The notes below the pieces were generated by a model. The model had not been told where the DNA came from and made no database searches. It was given only the letters and a program-made list of their open reading frames with translations. 18,204 nucleotides of DNA from a virus (Duplodnaviria > Heunggongvirae > Uroviricota > Caudoviricetes), in the IMG/VR virus record IMGVR_UViG_2700988907_000001. One strand, written 5' to 3'. Position 1 is the stretch's first letter. Each line of letters begins with the position of its first letter. Positions 1-8,260 of this stretch are shown one piece after another. A program made the translations under genes and the position numbers.

Positions 1-410
1 GCTTTTGCCATTTCTTTATTAAAAGCAGCATGACCCCCACCGTATGGGACATCTCCTAATTCTTCTACATTTAATTTACTTAATGTGTAACTTTCAGCCC
101 ACTCTTGCAATCTTGTAAAAGTATCAACTACCACAGCATCGTATTGTTCTTGTATTTTAGGGTCTCTAATTAGTTTCATTACTTTTAAATATTCTGCATA
201 ATTAGATATATTAATTACCTTTGCCCCAGCTAAAAAGTTATGTCTTCTTTCTGTTGCAATAAATAAAACTCTATCTCCGTATAACTCATGAATAAATGTA
301 CTTTTACCAGATTTTACTGCCCCTAAAATCATTAAACTTGCTGATTTTGCATCTGTACTAACTTTAACTGGTTCAATATTCACTAAATCGTCTAATGTAA
401 TTTTTGCCAT
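1..410 (-). CDS. AAA_24/Sak4-like phage P-loop ATPase, 5' part (runs off the window edge)
   Basis: Not in the ORF track. Manual translation from ATG 410: MAKITLDDLVNIEPVKVSTDAKSASLMILGAVKSGKSTFIHELYGDRVLFIATE...YDAVVVDTFTRL. Walker A GAVKSGKST, Walker B VVVD, SD AAAGGAG upstream. Confidence 0.85.
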   Translation of the reverse strand, partial: MAKITLDDLVNIEPVKVSTDAKSASLMILGAVKSGKSTFIHELYGDRVLFIATERRHNFLAGAKVINISNYAEYLKVMKLIRDPKIQEQYDAVVVDTFTRLQEWAESYTLSKLNVEELGDVPYGGGHAAFNKEMAK

Positions 411-463
411 AATTAATTTCTCCTTTGATTTTATAATGTTTTATGATTTTTTTATATTGCTAA

Positions 464-727
464 TTAATTAAATGGTTTTAATTCTTCAACAGAGTTATCT
501 AGTGTATCTAAGACTTCTTCTGATAATGCAATTAAAGTTTCTGACGTATCTAATGATGAACCTTTTTCATATACTGTGTCCATAACAGAAAAAAGATATT
601 TTCTTATTTCTCCTACTGTACCATCTGTGTTGTTAATTGCATTCTGTAATAAATGACTTCCTAATGTTGTTAATTGTTCTTTAATTTGTTCAACACTCAT
701 TAAATCATCCAATTTAATCTCTTTCAT
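464..727 (-). CDS. Small acidic hypothetical protein, paralogue of 987-1373
   Basis: 87 aa ORF with SD AAGGAG. Shares the KEQL..LLQNA..T.GT..IR..L and TLI..LDN..KPF patterns with 987-1373. Confidence 0.8.
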   Translation of the reverse strand: MKEIKLDDLMSVEQIKEQLTTLGSHLLQNAINNTDGTVGEIRKYLFSVMDTVYEKGSSLDTSETLIALSEEVLDTLDNSVEELKPFN

Positions 728-749
728 AAATAATTTCTCCTTTATTATA

Positions 750-974
750 TTATATTAATTTCACTTTATCAAGTCTAAATTCTAATTCATTCTCAACCTC
801 AGTAAAGAAAGCTACCATTAAATACTCATTCTTACTGTCAGCTTCTTGTTTGTTTAGTGTTAAAATGTTTTTAATTGTTCCATAATTTTCATGTTTAAAA
901 ATTAAATTATCTAAATACTCTTCGACCTTTTCCTCTAATAATTCTCCATAATGTGTATAATAATCAAAACCCAT
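750..974 (-). CDS. Small acidic hypothetical protein
   Basis: 74 aa ORF with SD AAGGAGG, tightly packed in the operon. Confidence 0.8.
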   Translation of the reverse strand: MGFDYYTHYGELLEEKVEEYLDNLIFKHENYGTIKNILTLNKQEADSKNEYLMVAFFTEVENELEFRLDKVKLI

Positions 975-986
975 TATTATTCCTCC

Positions 987-1373
987 TTATCCATGCAATT
1001 CTTCTGATACATTTGTATCATCATCTAATACATCATCCGTATCATCTTCTGGCTCATTTACTTCAGATGTTTTATCTGTCTCTGCAAAAGGTTTTACATT
1101 CTGCATCTTATTATCTAGTTTAGTAATTGCATCATTTACTACTTGGATAGTAATTAAAGTTTGTGTCTGAGAGCTTTCTTCTAATTCTGATTCTGTTACA
1201 TCGTCCATACCTCTATCATTATTAGTTAATTCTTGTTGATATTCATATAATTTATTTCTAATCTGATTATAAGTCCCATTATTAGTTTCTGATACTGCTT
1301 GTTCTAAAACTCTGTCTGAGTATTGTTCTAATTCTTCTTTAAGTTCATCTAAAAACATATTATATTCCTCCAT
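987..1373 (-). CDS. Acidic hypothetical protein with D/E-rich tail
   Basis: 128 aa ORF, operonic spacing, paralogous to 464-727. Confidence 0.8.
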   Translation of the reverse strand: MEEYNMFLDELKEELEQYSDRVLEQAVSETNNGTYNQIRNKLYEYQQELTNNDRGMDDVTESELEESSQTQTLITIQVVNDAITKLDNKMQNVKPFAETDKTSEVNEPEDDTDDVLDDDTNVSEELHG

Positions 1374-1384
1374 TATTTATTGTA

Positions 1385-2257
1385 TTAATTTTTTTCAATA
1401 ATATCCTTTGAGTCCCAACCTCTTAAATATCTTTTGTAAAGTTTGTCTTTAGATACTTTTAGTTCTACCGCCCATTCTGAAATAGTTTTGGTTTTATCGT
1501 TGTAAGTTAGTTTTATTTCTCTATCTTTAGTGCTTTTGTTTAGAATATTTTTCACATTCCAACCTTTTTCTAACCTATAATGAATAATATATTTTGGCAA
1601 TCCTGTATATTTACTCCAATCAGATATAGATTTTTTATCTCCATTATATGTTAAATATATTTCATTATCTGTTCTAGGAGTAGTCATTATTTTCTCATCT
1701 GACCAACCACGTTTTTTCCTACTTCTAACACTATTTTCATCCATATTTAAAATTTTACCTGCTTCTTTGAAAGTATATTTTTTATTGTTATACTCTATAA
1801 ACACATTATTTCTTTTATTGTTGGCTTGAACATACAAATCAACCCATCTACAATTCTCCGGATTATAATTTCCATCATTATTTATCCTGTCTATAGTCAA
1901 ATTAGGATTATACCCGTTTTCTAAAGACCAATTATAAAAAGATTCAAAGGAGTTTCTCCAAGCATCGCAAACTTTAATCCCTCTTCCTCCATAGTTATTA
2001 AATGATATGTTCTCTCTATTGTAACATCTGTCAATTATTTTATACCATCTATTATACAAATTTCTTCTTATAACATCTCTAGAATTTAAACAACCACAAG
2101 ATTTAGTCTTTTTTAAAGAGTCTAAACGGACAGCTTGTTTTTTGCCACATTTACATATAGTATTATAATATTTCCTTCCTTCATCATCTATTTTAGAAAG
2201 AGAGAGAGCCAATCTCTCTCCAAAATATTTTCCTACGTTATCATCTTTAAAAGTCAA
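1385..2257 (-). CDS. Free-standing HNH-type homing endonuclease with N-terminal Cys domain and three C-terminal DNA-binding repeats (likely TTG start at 2257, not 2350)
   Basis: Motifs GKYFG..CKCG..KSCGC and RCYN..YGGRGIKVCDAW..LTIDRINNDGNYNPENCRW, plus three (L/I)xYN..R..RGW repeats. SD GAGGAG (2268-2273) lies 10 nt before TTG. Confidence 0.85.
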   Translation of the reverse strand: MTFKDDNVGKYFGERLALSLSKIDDEGRKYYNTICKCGKKQAVRLDSLKKTKSCGCLNSRDVIRRNLYNRWYKIIDRCYNRENISFNNYGGRGIKVCDAWRNSFESFYNWSLENGYNPNLTIDRINNDGNYNPENCRWVDLYVQANNKRNNVFIEYNNKKYTFKEAGKILNMDENSVRSRKKRGWSDEKIMTTPRTDNEIYLTYNGDKKSISDWSKYTGLPKYIIHYRLEKGWNVKNILNKSTKDREIKLTYNDKTKTISEWAVELKVSKDKLYKRYLRGWDSKDIIEKN

Positions 2258-3236
2258 GCTCTTCAAGCTCCTCATCATCAATATCAGATTTAACATTATT
2301 ATCTTCTTTTTTTTCAAAAGCATTGCCGTCTGGCGTATCTGATGGAACATAATTTTGTTCTAATTGTTCTAATGCTCTTTTTCTGTATTTATGAGCTAAT
2401 TTAATTTGTTCTTCATCATATTCTCTACCATCAGCATAAGGCGTAGTACCCCCTACAACTTCAAAGTTATTGACAAAATTACGTTTAACTTCTGCTAAAT
2501 CTTCTGTATCTCCGAAACCATCAATCTCTTCTTGCAATTCTTCTGGTTCAGCATCTACTGCGTAATTATTAATTTTTAATGTAAATTTACCAGTGTCGCC
2601 TTCGTCGTATAACTCTTCAAATTTTTCAGCAATATCAGATGGAACAATAGCTTCAATAGGAATGATTGGTCTAGCATTGTCACGTAATTGTTTGTAGAAA
2701 TCAACATTAAAGAACTCTAATTTTTTATCGTCTGTTGGTAGTCCATCGTCATCATTAATATCTTTGATACCAGTAACGATACCTTCGACTACTACTTTAG
2801 CTTTAGGTCCTTTGGCTTTCTTAACCTGTTCCTCTGTTAATCTATTAAAGAATTTTGCGCTAACGTTGTTATGACGTCTAACATTTCCGTCTTGACCAAT
2901 ATATTCGTTCAATTCTACTGAACCGTCAACTCTAACTAAATCTGCTTCTTTCTTATTACCAGTCTCTTCAATTGATTTATATTCATCTAATACTGTTTTA
3001 AACCCTTTATATAAACCGTTCTCGTTCCCGTCCTGTTTAAATCTATTAGAATAAACACGTGCTCTAATATCATGAGAACGTACTTCTCCATTAACTGATT
3101 CTTCTACAAGAATAGTTACAGAACCTTTAATATTTTCTTTGCCATCTTTTGTTTCTCCTAATTCAAGGTCTACTGATTTAACACGACCAATAACCTCTGC
3201 CTCATTCTTTAACGCTTTTAATGTTGTATCTGCCAT
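2247..3236 (-). CDS. Putative phage single-stranded DNA-binding protein (SPbeta YorF-like, from recall)
   Basis: 329 aa, beta-rich, acidic tail ending DIDDEELEELDF typical of SSBs. Lies upstream of the AAA_24 ATPase and has its own promoter and SD. Confidence 0.65.
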   Translation of the reverse strand: MADTTLKALKNEAEVIGRVKSVDLELGETKDGKENIKGSVTILVEESVNGEVRSHDIRARVYSNRFKQDGNENGLYKGFKTVLDEYKSIEETGNKKEADLVRVDGSVELNEYIGQDGNVRRHNNVSAKFFNRLTEEQVKKAKGPKAKVVVEGIVTGIKDINDDDGLPTDDKKLEFFNVDFYKQLRDNARPIIPIEAIVPSDIAEKFEELYDEGDTGKFTLKINNYAVDAEPEELQEEIDGFGDTEDLAEVKRNFVNNFEVVGGTTPYADGREYDEEQIKLAHKYRKRALEQLEQNYVPSDTPDGNAFEKKEDNNVKSDIDDEELEELDF

Positions 3237-3268
3237 AAATAATTTCTCCTTTTTTAATCTTTTTATTC

Positions 3269-3298
3269 ATTATAACATGACCCCCCTAAAGGTGTCAA
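3269..3298 (-). promoter_or_regulatory. sigmaA-type promoter of the SSB-like operon
   Basis: TTGACA-18 nt-TATAAT with TG extension (..CATGT TATAAT). Confidence 0.8.
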
Positions 3299-3327
3299 GT
3301 AAAAATTAATTATTTTTGATAAAAATG

Positions 3328-3564
3328 TTATCCTAATGTTCCAACAAATTGCATACATTCCATTTGACCTTTGTATACAGTGTCATCTCCTTGTCGATTG
3401 TCAATGATAGCTGGAACACTCATAATACCATGTTCTACAGCAATGTCTGGTGTTTCCTCAACATCGACATATTCAACATCAACATTCTTGTCAGCCAATT
3501 GGCTTTTCACAATAGGACATCTTGTGCAACTTTGTGTACTTAACATATAAATTTTGTTTTCCAT
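3328..3564 (-). CDS. Glutaredoxin/NrdH-like redoxin (start corrected to 3564)
   Basis: CTRC CxxC motif followed by P, and cis-Pro motif IMSVP. SD AAAGGAG at 3574-3580 precedes ATG GAA AAC. Confidence 0.85.
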   Translation of the reverse strand: MENKIYMLSTQSCTRCPIVKSQLADKNVDVEYVDVEETPDIAVEHGIMSVPAIIDNRQGDDTVYKGQMECMQFVGTLG

Positions 3565-3578
3565 AATTAAAAACTCCT

Positions 3579-4562
3579 TTATCTCCATCTTAATTCCATA
3601 GCTTTATGGTTTACTTTTTTAATTGCAGCTTCTATTGATTGTCTAACAGAAGATTCATCATTTCCTATTATATCAGCTATAGCGACATTTGTCAAGCCAT
3701 TTCTATAAAATTTTAAACATTCTCTTTCACGTTCTGTCATTTCAGTACGTTCTATAAGATTATCTAAATCATATAATATACATTGAAAATCATTTTGAAA
3801 ATCTCCATTAAACTTAAATCTCAATAATCCATCTACTTTATTAAAGTGTGGATTACTATAATCTAATGAATACCCCTTTAAATGATTATAATTTGCAAAA
3901 TCAATCACATCTAAATTTGGCTGTGTCGATTCACTAAAATATCTTAATGAATAACCGTGAATTTTCATTAAACTATCTTTTGCTAATATCATATCTTTTT
4001 TAACTTCGCCTTTAATTCTGTCTACTTTAAACTTCTGACCTTCTTCTGATTTTCTTTTCAATACATTAAGATAAGTATCATAGTCTCTAAGAACTGAACC
4101 TAACCAGTCCCCACGTCTTAAGTCTTTAGCAGTTATTTTTTGGTCTTTACTTTTTTTATAATTACTTTGACCTGCTAATAGAAAATCTATTACTTCTGGT
4201 TCTTGGTCTTGATATAATTTTTCTTTATTAACTGCTTTTCTAAAAGCATCTTCATCATAATAAAACTTATAATTCACATCGTTATCTTCTCTTTTATCAG
4301 CAGAATTAAGCAGATATGTTGCATAATTTTCTAATACTTTACAAACATTATTATCCATAGAAAGATAATCATTTTGAGAAGCTACTGGATTATAATAATC
4401 TGTAAAATATTCTTCAAAGAATGTCGTCCCCTCTAATGTTTGATTAATGCAATCCAATCTATCGTTATAATTAAGGAGACTTCTATCCATAACTTTATTT
4501 AATTTAATAGCATTAGTTCCGTCTAATGTTGCTGTAAAATTTTGTTGTGTTGTAAAAGCCAC
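3579..4562 (-). CDS. Sigma70 region-4-type HTH protein (phage transcription regulator or sigma-like factor)
   Basis: C-terminal MTERERECLKFYRNGLTNVAIADIIGNDESSVRQSIEAAIKKV fits a sigma4/LuxR-type HTH. GTG start with SD AGGAG. Confidence 0.7.
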   Translation of the reverse strand: MAFTTQQNFTATLDGTNAIKLNKVMDRSLLNYNDRLDCINQTLEGTTFFEEYFTDYYNPVASQNDYLSMDNNVCKVLENYATYLLNSADKREDNDVNYKFYYDEDAFRKAVNKEKLYQDQEPEVIDFLLAGQSNYKKSKDQKITAKDLRRGDWLGSVLRDYDTYLNVLKRKSEEGQKFKVDRIKGEVKKDMILAKDSLMKIHGYSLRYFSESTQPNLDVIDFANYNHLKGYSLDYSNPHFNKVDGLLRFKFNGDFQNDFQCILYDLDNLIERTEMTERERECLKFYRNGLTNVAIADIIGNDESSVRQSIEAAIKKVNHKAMELRWR

Positions 4563-4591
4563 TATTTCTCAACTCCTATATTCTGTTTCAT
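4562..4591 (-). CDS. 9-aa leader peptide MKQNIGVEK overlapping the start of the HTH gene
   Basis: SD GGAGGT (4599-4604) then ATG 4591. Its TAG shares one base with the downstream GTG (TAGTG). Confidence 0.5.
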   Translation of the reverse strand: MKQNIGVEK

Positions 4592-4621
4592 AAATAATAC
4601 CTCCAATTATTTCGTATAATT

Positions 4622-4651
4622 ATTATAACATATGCGTAGTGTTCTTGTCAA
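4622..4651 (-). promoter_or_regulatory. sigmaA-type promoter
   Basis: TTGACA-18 nt-TATAAT with ATGT immediately before the -10. Confidence 0.8.
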
Positions 4652-4688
4652 TTATTATTTTTAAAAAAGATACATATTCATCCCTTTT

Positions 4689-4880
4689 TATAATACCCCT
4701 GTCATTTTTGAACAAAAAATTTTTAAAGCTAGTGTAAAAATAACCCCCTTATAGCTACAACAAATGTATATTAATAAGTCGGTAAAAATTAAGCCCCCTA
4801 TCTGACAACAAAATCATTTATAAAAAGGCGGCAAAATTGAACCCTACCTATCTGTAGAAAAACGTTTTTATTTTTGGGGT
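4689..4880. repeat. Degenerate ~49 bp-period repeats centred on C-runs
   Basis: C-runs at 4696, 4744, 4794 and 4842. Units: aaaaataacccccttatagctacaacaaa / aaaaattaagccccctatctgacaacaaaa / aaaattgaaccctacctatctgtagaaaaa. Confidence 0.55.
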
Positions 4881-5331
4881 AAAATCAGAGTGTTTTTGTT
4901 TAGGTTTGATGGTATATGACTATAGTATAATCTAATAGATGGGTTTCTTTTAGGTTTAAGTCATGTTCTATACAACAGTATTATATACATCTAATAGTTG
5001 TAATACACACAACATTATCATAATTCATGTCAGTGTTTGTGCCTTAATAAATACTATAATGTAGTATTGATTGTTATTATCCTTATAGCATTTCTCAAAA
5101 CTGTTTATTTTCAATAAATCTTCATTCTATTATATACTTTATATAATATATTTATAATTATAGTGTCGTAATATATATTACATTTAATTATTATAGAATG
5201 TTCTCCAAAGGAATGTTTTTTAGATACCCTATATGTTGAAAAGTGTATCTATCTTTAAAACTATATTCCACTATATATTTAATTGATATAATCGATTAAT
5301 TATTTGCTGTCATTTATAGTATGTTTCATTA

Positions 5332-5868
5332 TTAATCTATATGCTTCCATTGTTTTCTTGTAACAACATCACTAATTGTTCGTGGACTAACATTAAACAT
5401 TTTAGCCAATTCCACTTGTTTATATTCTTTAAGCTCCCATAATATCCTTATTTCTATAACTTCTTCGGGAGTAAGTTTACTGCCATTGACATCTTCTCCT
5501 TTGGAATGCTTAGAATCTTTAATAGATTCTTCTTTCTTTTTATATTTTAATAAGCCTGTCTCAATAGCATGTCTAATATTTTCTTTAGGTGTAACCCATT
5601 CTAAATTTTCAGCTCTATTATCTCCTTTTATTCCATTTATATGATTGACCTGGGCTTTATCATATTCGTTTTCAACAAATGATTCAGCTACAAGTCTATG
5701 AATATATTTATAATGCTGTTTTTTATTCTTAGAAAGACATGTCGCTACATAGCCGTCGTCTTTAACAAATGTTTTTTTATCTTCTAATGTTTCTACTATT
5801 TTTACTCTTCCTTTATTACTAATTAAATAATTAGAAAATCCTTCAATTACTTTCCATTTCTCTTTCAT
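5332..5868 (-). CDS. NUMOD4-HNH homing endonuclease with C-terminal HTH
   Basis: EKWKVIEGFSNYLISNKGRVK (NUMOD4), HRLVAESF, VNHINGIKGDNRAENLEWVT (HNH), and QVELAKMFNVSPRTISDV (HTH). SD AAGGAG. Confidence 0.9.
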   Translation of the reverse strand: MKEKWKVIEGFSNYLISNKGRVKIVETLEDKKTFVKDDGYVATCLSKNKKQHYKYIHRLVAESFVENEYDKAQVNHINGIKGDNRAENLEWVTPKENIRHAIETGLLKYKKKEESIKDSKHSKGEDVNGSKLTPEEVIEIRILWELKEYKQVELAKMFNVSPRTISDVVTRKQWKHID

Positions 5869-6071
5869 ATTTATATTTCTCCTTTTTGTTGTTTATATAT
5901 TATATACTCTGCGGGATTTTCAAAAAACTCTACAATCATGAATACTCCATTTTTATGTTCAAAAAAGTTCCCCGGGTTTTTGAAAAATCGCTTCTATCAT
6001 AACTCTTTCTCATTTTTTACGAAAAAAAGTTGTCGATTTTTTTGCGATTTGTCTACCGTCTAACGACTGTC

Positions 6072-6221
6072 TTATAAAATAATTTATTTATACAATAATA
6101 AATATATAGTATAATTTTTTTATATAATATAATAATTATTCAATAATTTTTTATATAACAATTTATATATCACTTTATATTTTTAATATATAACAAAATT
6201 ATATAATTTATTATTTAAAAA
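6072..6221. other. Extremely AT-rich tract in the divergent intergenic region
   Basis: By hand count, 7 G/C in 150 nt. Confidence 0.8.
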
Positions 6222-6337
6222 CTTTTTAACAGTGTTCTGTTTTTGTTCGTATTAATTTATCAATGTTCTAATTTCTTTCTTTTAACTTGTCTATATCGTA
6301 ACGCCGTTTTTTGATTTTGCGTTAAAAATGACTTATT

Positions 6338-6435
6338 TTGTAACATTCTTGTAATATAAAATAACTAAAACATACGCCGTTAAGCTATTTTTTATTAAAT
6401 TATAATTATTATTATTTGTAATATTCTTGTAATAT
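6338..6435 (+). repeat. Two copies of the 20-nt direct repeat TTGTAAYATTCTTGTAATAT (putative operator)
   Basis: Copies at 6338-6357 and 6416-6435; a third at 8165-8190. Confidence 0.7.
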
Positions 6436-6593
6436 AGGCGTGTTTCTTCTATATAAAGGAAAAAAACGATTTTTAAAACTTTATTTTTCCTTTAATGGTA
6501 GAAACTATTTCAAAAAATAAAATTTAAATTTTTTTGTTCTTACTCTCCCAACGGGTTTGGGCGTTTTTTAGTGTGTAACTTTAATATTTTTGT

Positions 6594-6622
6594 TTGCATT
6601 ATTTTATAAATAGGCGTATAGT
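6594..6622 (+). promoter_or_regulatory. sigmaA-type promoter starting the plus-strand island
   Basis: TTGCAT-17 nt-TATAGT. Confidence 0.65.
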
Positions 6623-6671
6623 AAGAATTGTCAAAGGGACAACAAATAAAAAAGAAAAGGATTTGATTATA

Positions 6672-6952
6672 ATGAAAAAAATTACAGATACATTGAAACA
6701 GTAACAGTAGGAAATAAAGAAATTGAAGCGTTTAGAATCGAAAATGATAATAACGGAAATCCACGTTATGTAGTGCATTTCACAGATTTAGGCGTTAGCC
6801 TATGGGATTATGACAACATTAATAAACTATACGGCTTCAAAAAATATACTGCCAAATGGTTCGGTGGTGGTGTAGTGTTCCAAAGCTACAACATTGAAGA
6901 AACTATCAAATGGGCACTAGAAACAGTTAAGAAAATAGAAGCGGTTAAATAA
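6672..6952 (+). pseudogene. Frameshifted small phage gene (about 93 aa if restored: MKKNYRYIETVTVGNKEIEAFRIENDNNGNPRYVVHF...FGGGVVFQSYNIEE...)
   Basis: SD AAAGGA and ATG 6672 are followed by A7. One extra A joins the ATG to an otherwise startless ~90-codon frame ending TAA 6950-6952. Confidence 0.7.
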
Positions 6953-6960
6953 TACCGCTT
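6939..6960 (+). terminator. Hairpin over the stop codon (terminator or processing site)
   Basis: AAGCGGT-8 nt-ACCGCTT perfect stem; poor U-tract. Confidence 0.45.
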
Positions 6961-7002
6961 CTGAATTAAATAAAAAAATTATATAAAAAGGATATGATTA
7001 TT

Positions 7003-7232
7003 ATGACAAAAAATTATAATGAATTGATTACAACTGAACCAAATAACGAAGAATTATAAAATGCAATATATACTTACCATGAACCTATAGTTTATGAATT
7101 AGATAATAACCAGTTTATTATTGTAAATGAAATAAACGAACAACAGGAACAAAAGAAATATCTACTACTCCTAAATGTGTTAAACTTATTCTTAATGATA
7201 ATAAAACAAAATATATAAAAAAAGGAGCTTAA
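7003..7232 (+). pseudogene. Disrupted small gene (nonsense codon plus frameshift) sharing a C-terminal module with 9591-9830
   Basis: SD AAAGGA and ATG 7003, TAA at 7057-7059, frame continues. A shifted frame after ~7140 reads GTKEISTTPKCVKLILNDNKTKYIKK versus GVKEISVTPKFVKLILNNDKAKYIKK. Confidence 0.7.
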
Positions 7233-7235
7233 AAA

Positions 7236-7517
7236 ATGAAAAGTAAAACATATGATATTATTAATCAATTATTATTGGAGTATGAAACAGGCGTAAGAAA
7301 AAACGATGATATAACAATTCATGAAGTCATAGGACTTCATGAAGAAAAAGGTGTTATTTTTGGCGCTCTCGAAGTGGAATATAACGATTATTGTTATCTA
7401 ATACATTTTGAGATTGGCAACCGTTGGGTTTTTCCGTCTAAAAATGATATAAAAGAAATCGAGAACACTCTATTTAATATAATAGATGAAGAAATTAAAA
7501 AACATTTTAAAAATTAA
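7236..7517 (+). CDS. Hypothetical protein (early island)
   Basis: 93 aa ORF with SD AAAGGAG. Confidence 0.8.
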   Translation: MKSKTYDIINQLLLEYETGVRKNDDITIHEVIGLHEEKGVIFGALEVEYNDYCYLIHFEIGNRWVFPSKNDIKEIENTLFNIIDEEIKKHFKN

Positions 7518-7537
7518 TAAAAAAGGAATGGTACAAA

Positions 7538-7924
7538 ATGATGAATGAAAAACAATTAATTAATAATATTATGTATGCTTTAAATGAATATGACAACATG
7601 AATGACTTTTTACAATGTGAAAACATGGACAAAATGGAGTTTGAAGAATTATGCGATAATGGTTGGTATAGTGAGATTACTTGCGGCACTTATAACGGTG
7701 CTACTGATACATTTACACCATATCAATTGACTAATGAAAATATTATAAGTACATTATATACTATGATGAATGAGTTTGAATTTTGGGAATTTATAAATGA
7801 GATTGTAGAAAATGAAGCCATAGAGAATAATTGGCATGATTTACAATATATTAATGAGCTTGTACATTTTTACGATATTATTATTATAAAAGATGAAAGA
7901 AAACTATATATTGATATGGACTAA
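7538..7924 (+). CDS. Highly acidic hypothetical protein (DNA-mimic candidate)
   Basis: 128 aa, about 27 D/E versus 5 K/R. SD AAAGGA. Confidence 0.8.
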   Translation: MMNEKQLINNIMYALNEYDNMNDFLQCENMDKMEFEELCDNGWYSEITCGTYNGATDTFTPYQLTNENIISTLYTMMNEFEFWEFINEIVENEAIENNWHDLQYINELVHFYDIIIIKDERKLYIDMD

Positions 7925-7931
7925 ATTTTTT

Positions 7932-7957
7932 AGCGGGCTTTTATAAGTCCGTTTTTT
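7932..7957 (+). terminator. Rho-independent terminator
   Basis: CGGGCTT-TTAT-AAGTCCG followed by T6. Confidence 0.75.
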
Positions 7958-8109
7958 ACGTCTTTTTTTAGGTCGTAAATGAAAGCGTTTGCAAACCGTT
8001 GATATAGAGGCATTTTGTTCATATAGCGACTTTATAAAGTTTTTAGGGGTATTATACCTAAAAAGACCAAAGGCTTTAAAAAGGGGCTTAAAATGAATTT
8101 TAAGGCATG

Positions 8110-8140
8110 TTGACAATATTATAAACTTGTGTTATATAAT
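8110..8140 (+). promoter_or_regulatory. sigmaA-type promoter
   Basis: TTGACA-17 nt-TATATA (or TATAAT at 19 nt), immediately upstream of the 11-bp repeat array. Confidence 0.65.
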
Positions 8141-8164
8141 CAGTTTGTAATTTTACACATTATT

Positions 8165-8190
8165 TTGTAATATTCTTGTAATATTCTTGT
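8165..8190 (+). repeat. 11-bp tandem repeat TTGTAATATTC x2.4 (putative operator)
   Basis: ttgtaatattc ttgtaatattc ttgt; same motif as 6338 and 6416. Confidence 0.7.
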
Positions 8191-8260
8191 GGTTGATTTG
8201 TAACAGTCAAAGTGTTAAAGTATAGACAGTTAGAAAAAACAAGTGAAACGGGGGCATAAG

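Noticed and set aside
2258-2350. N-terminal extension of the HNH ORF to 2350 (likewise 3565-3588 and 12510-12572 for other ORFs)
   Set aside because: The extensions overlap upstream genes or promoters; better SD-start pairs lie downstream.
3349-3543. Plus-strand 64-aa ORF
   Set aside because: Antisense shadow of the redoxin gene; no SD.
6547-6569. Terminator CCCAA-CGGGT-TTGGG-CG-T6
   Set aside because: Short stem separated from the U-tract and no upstream gene to terminate; at most an insulator.
7507-8116. Minus-strand ORFs 7507-7689 and 7904-8116
   Set aside because: Antisense to a real gene or spanning terminator/promoter DNA; no SD.
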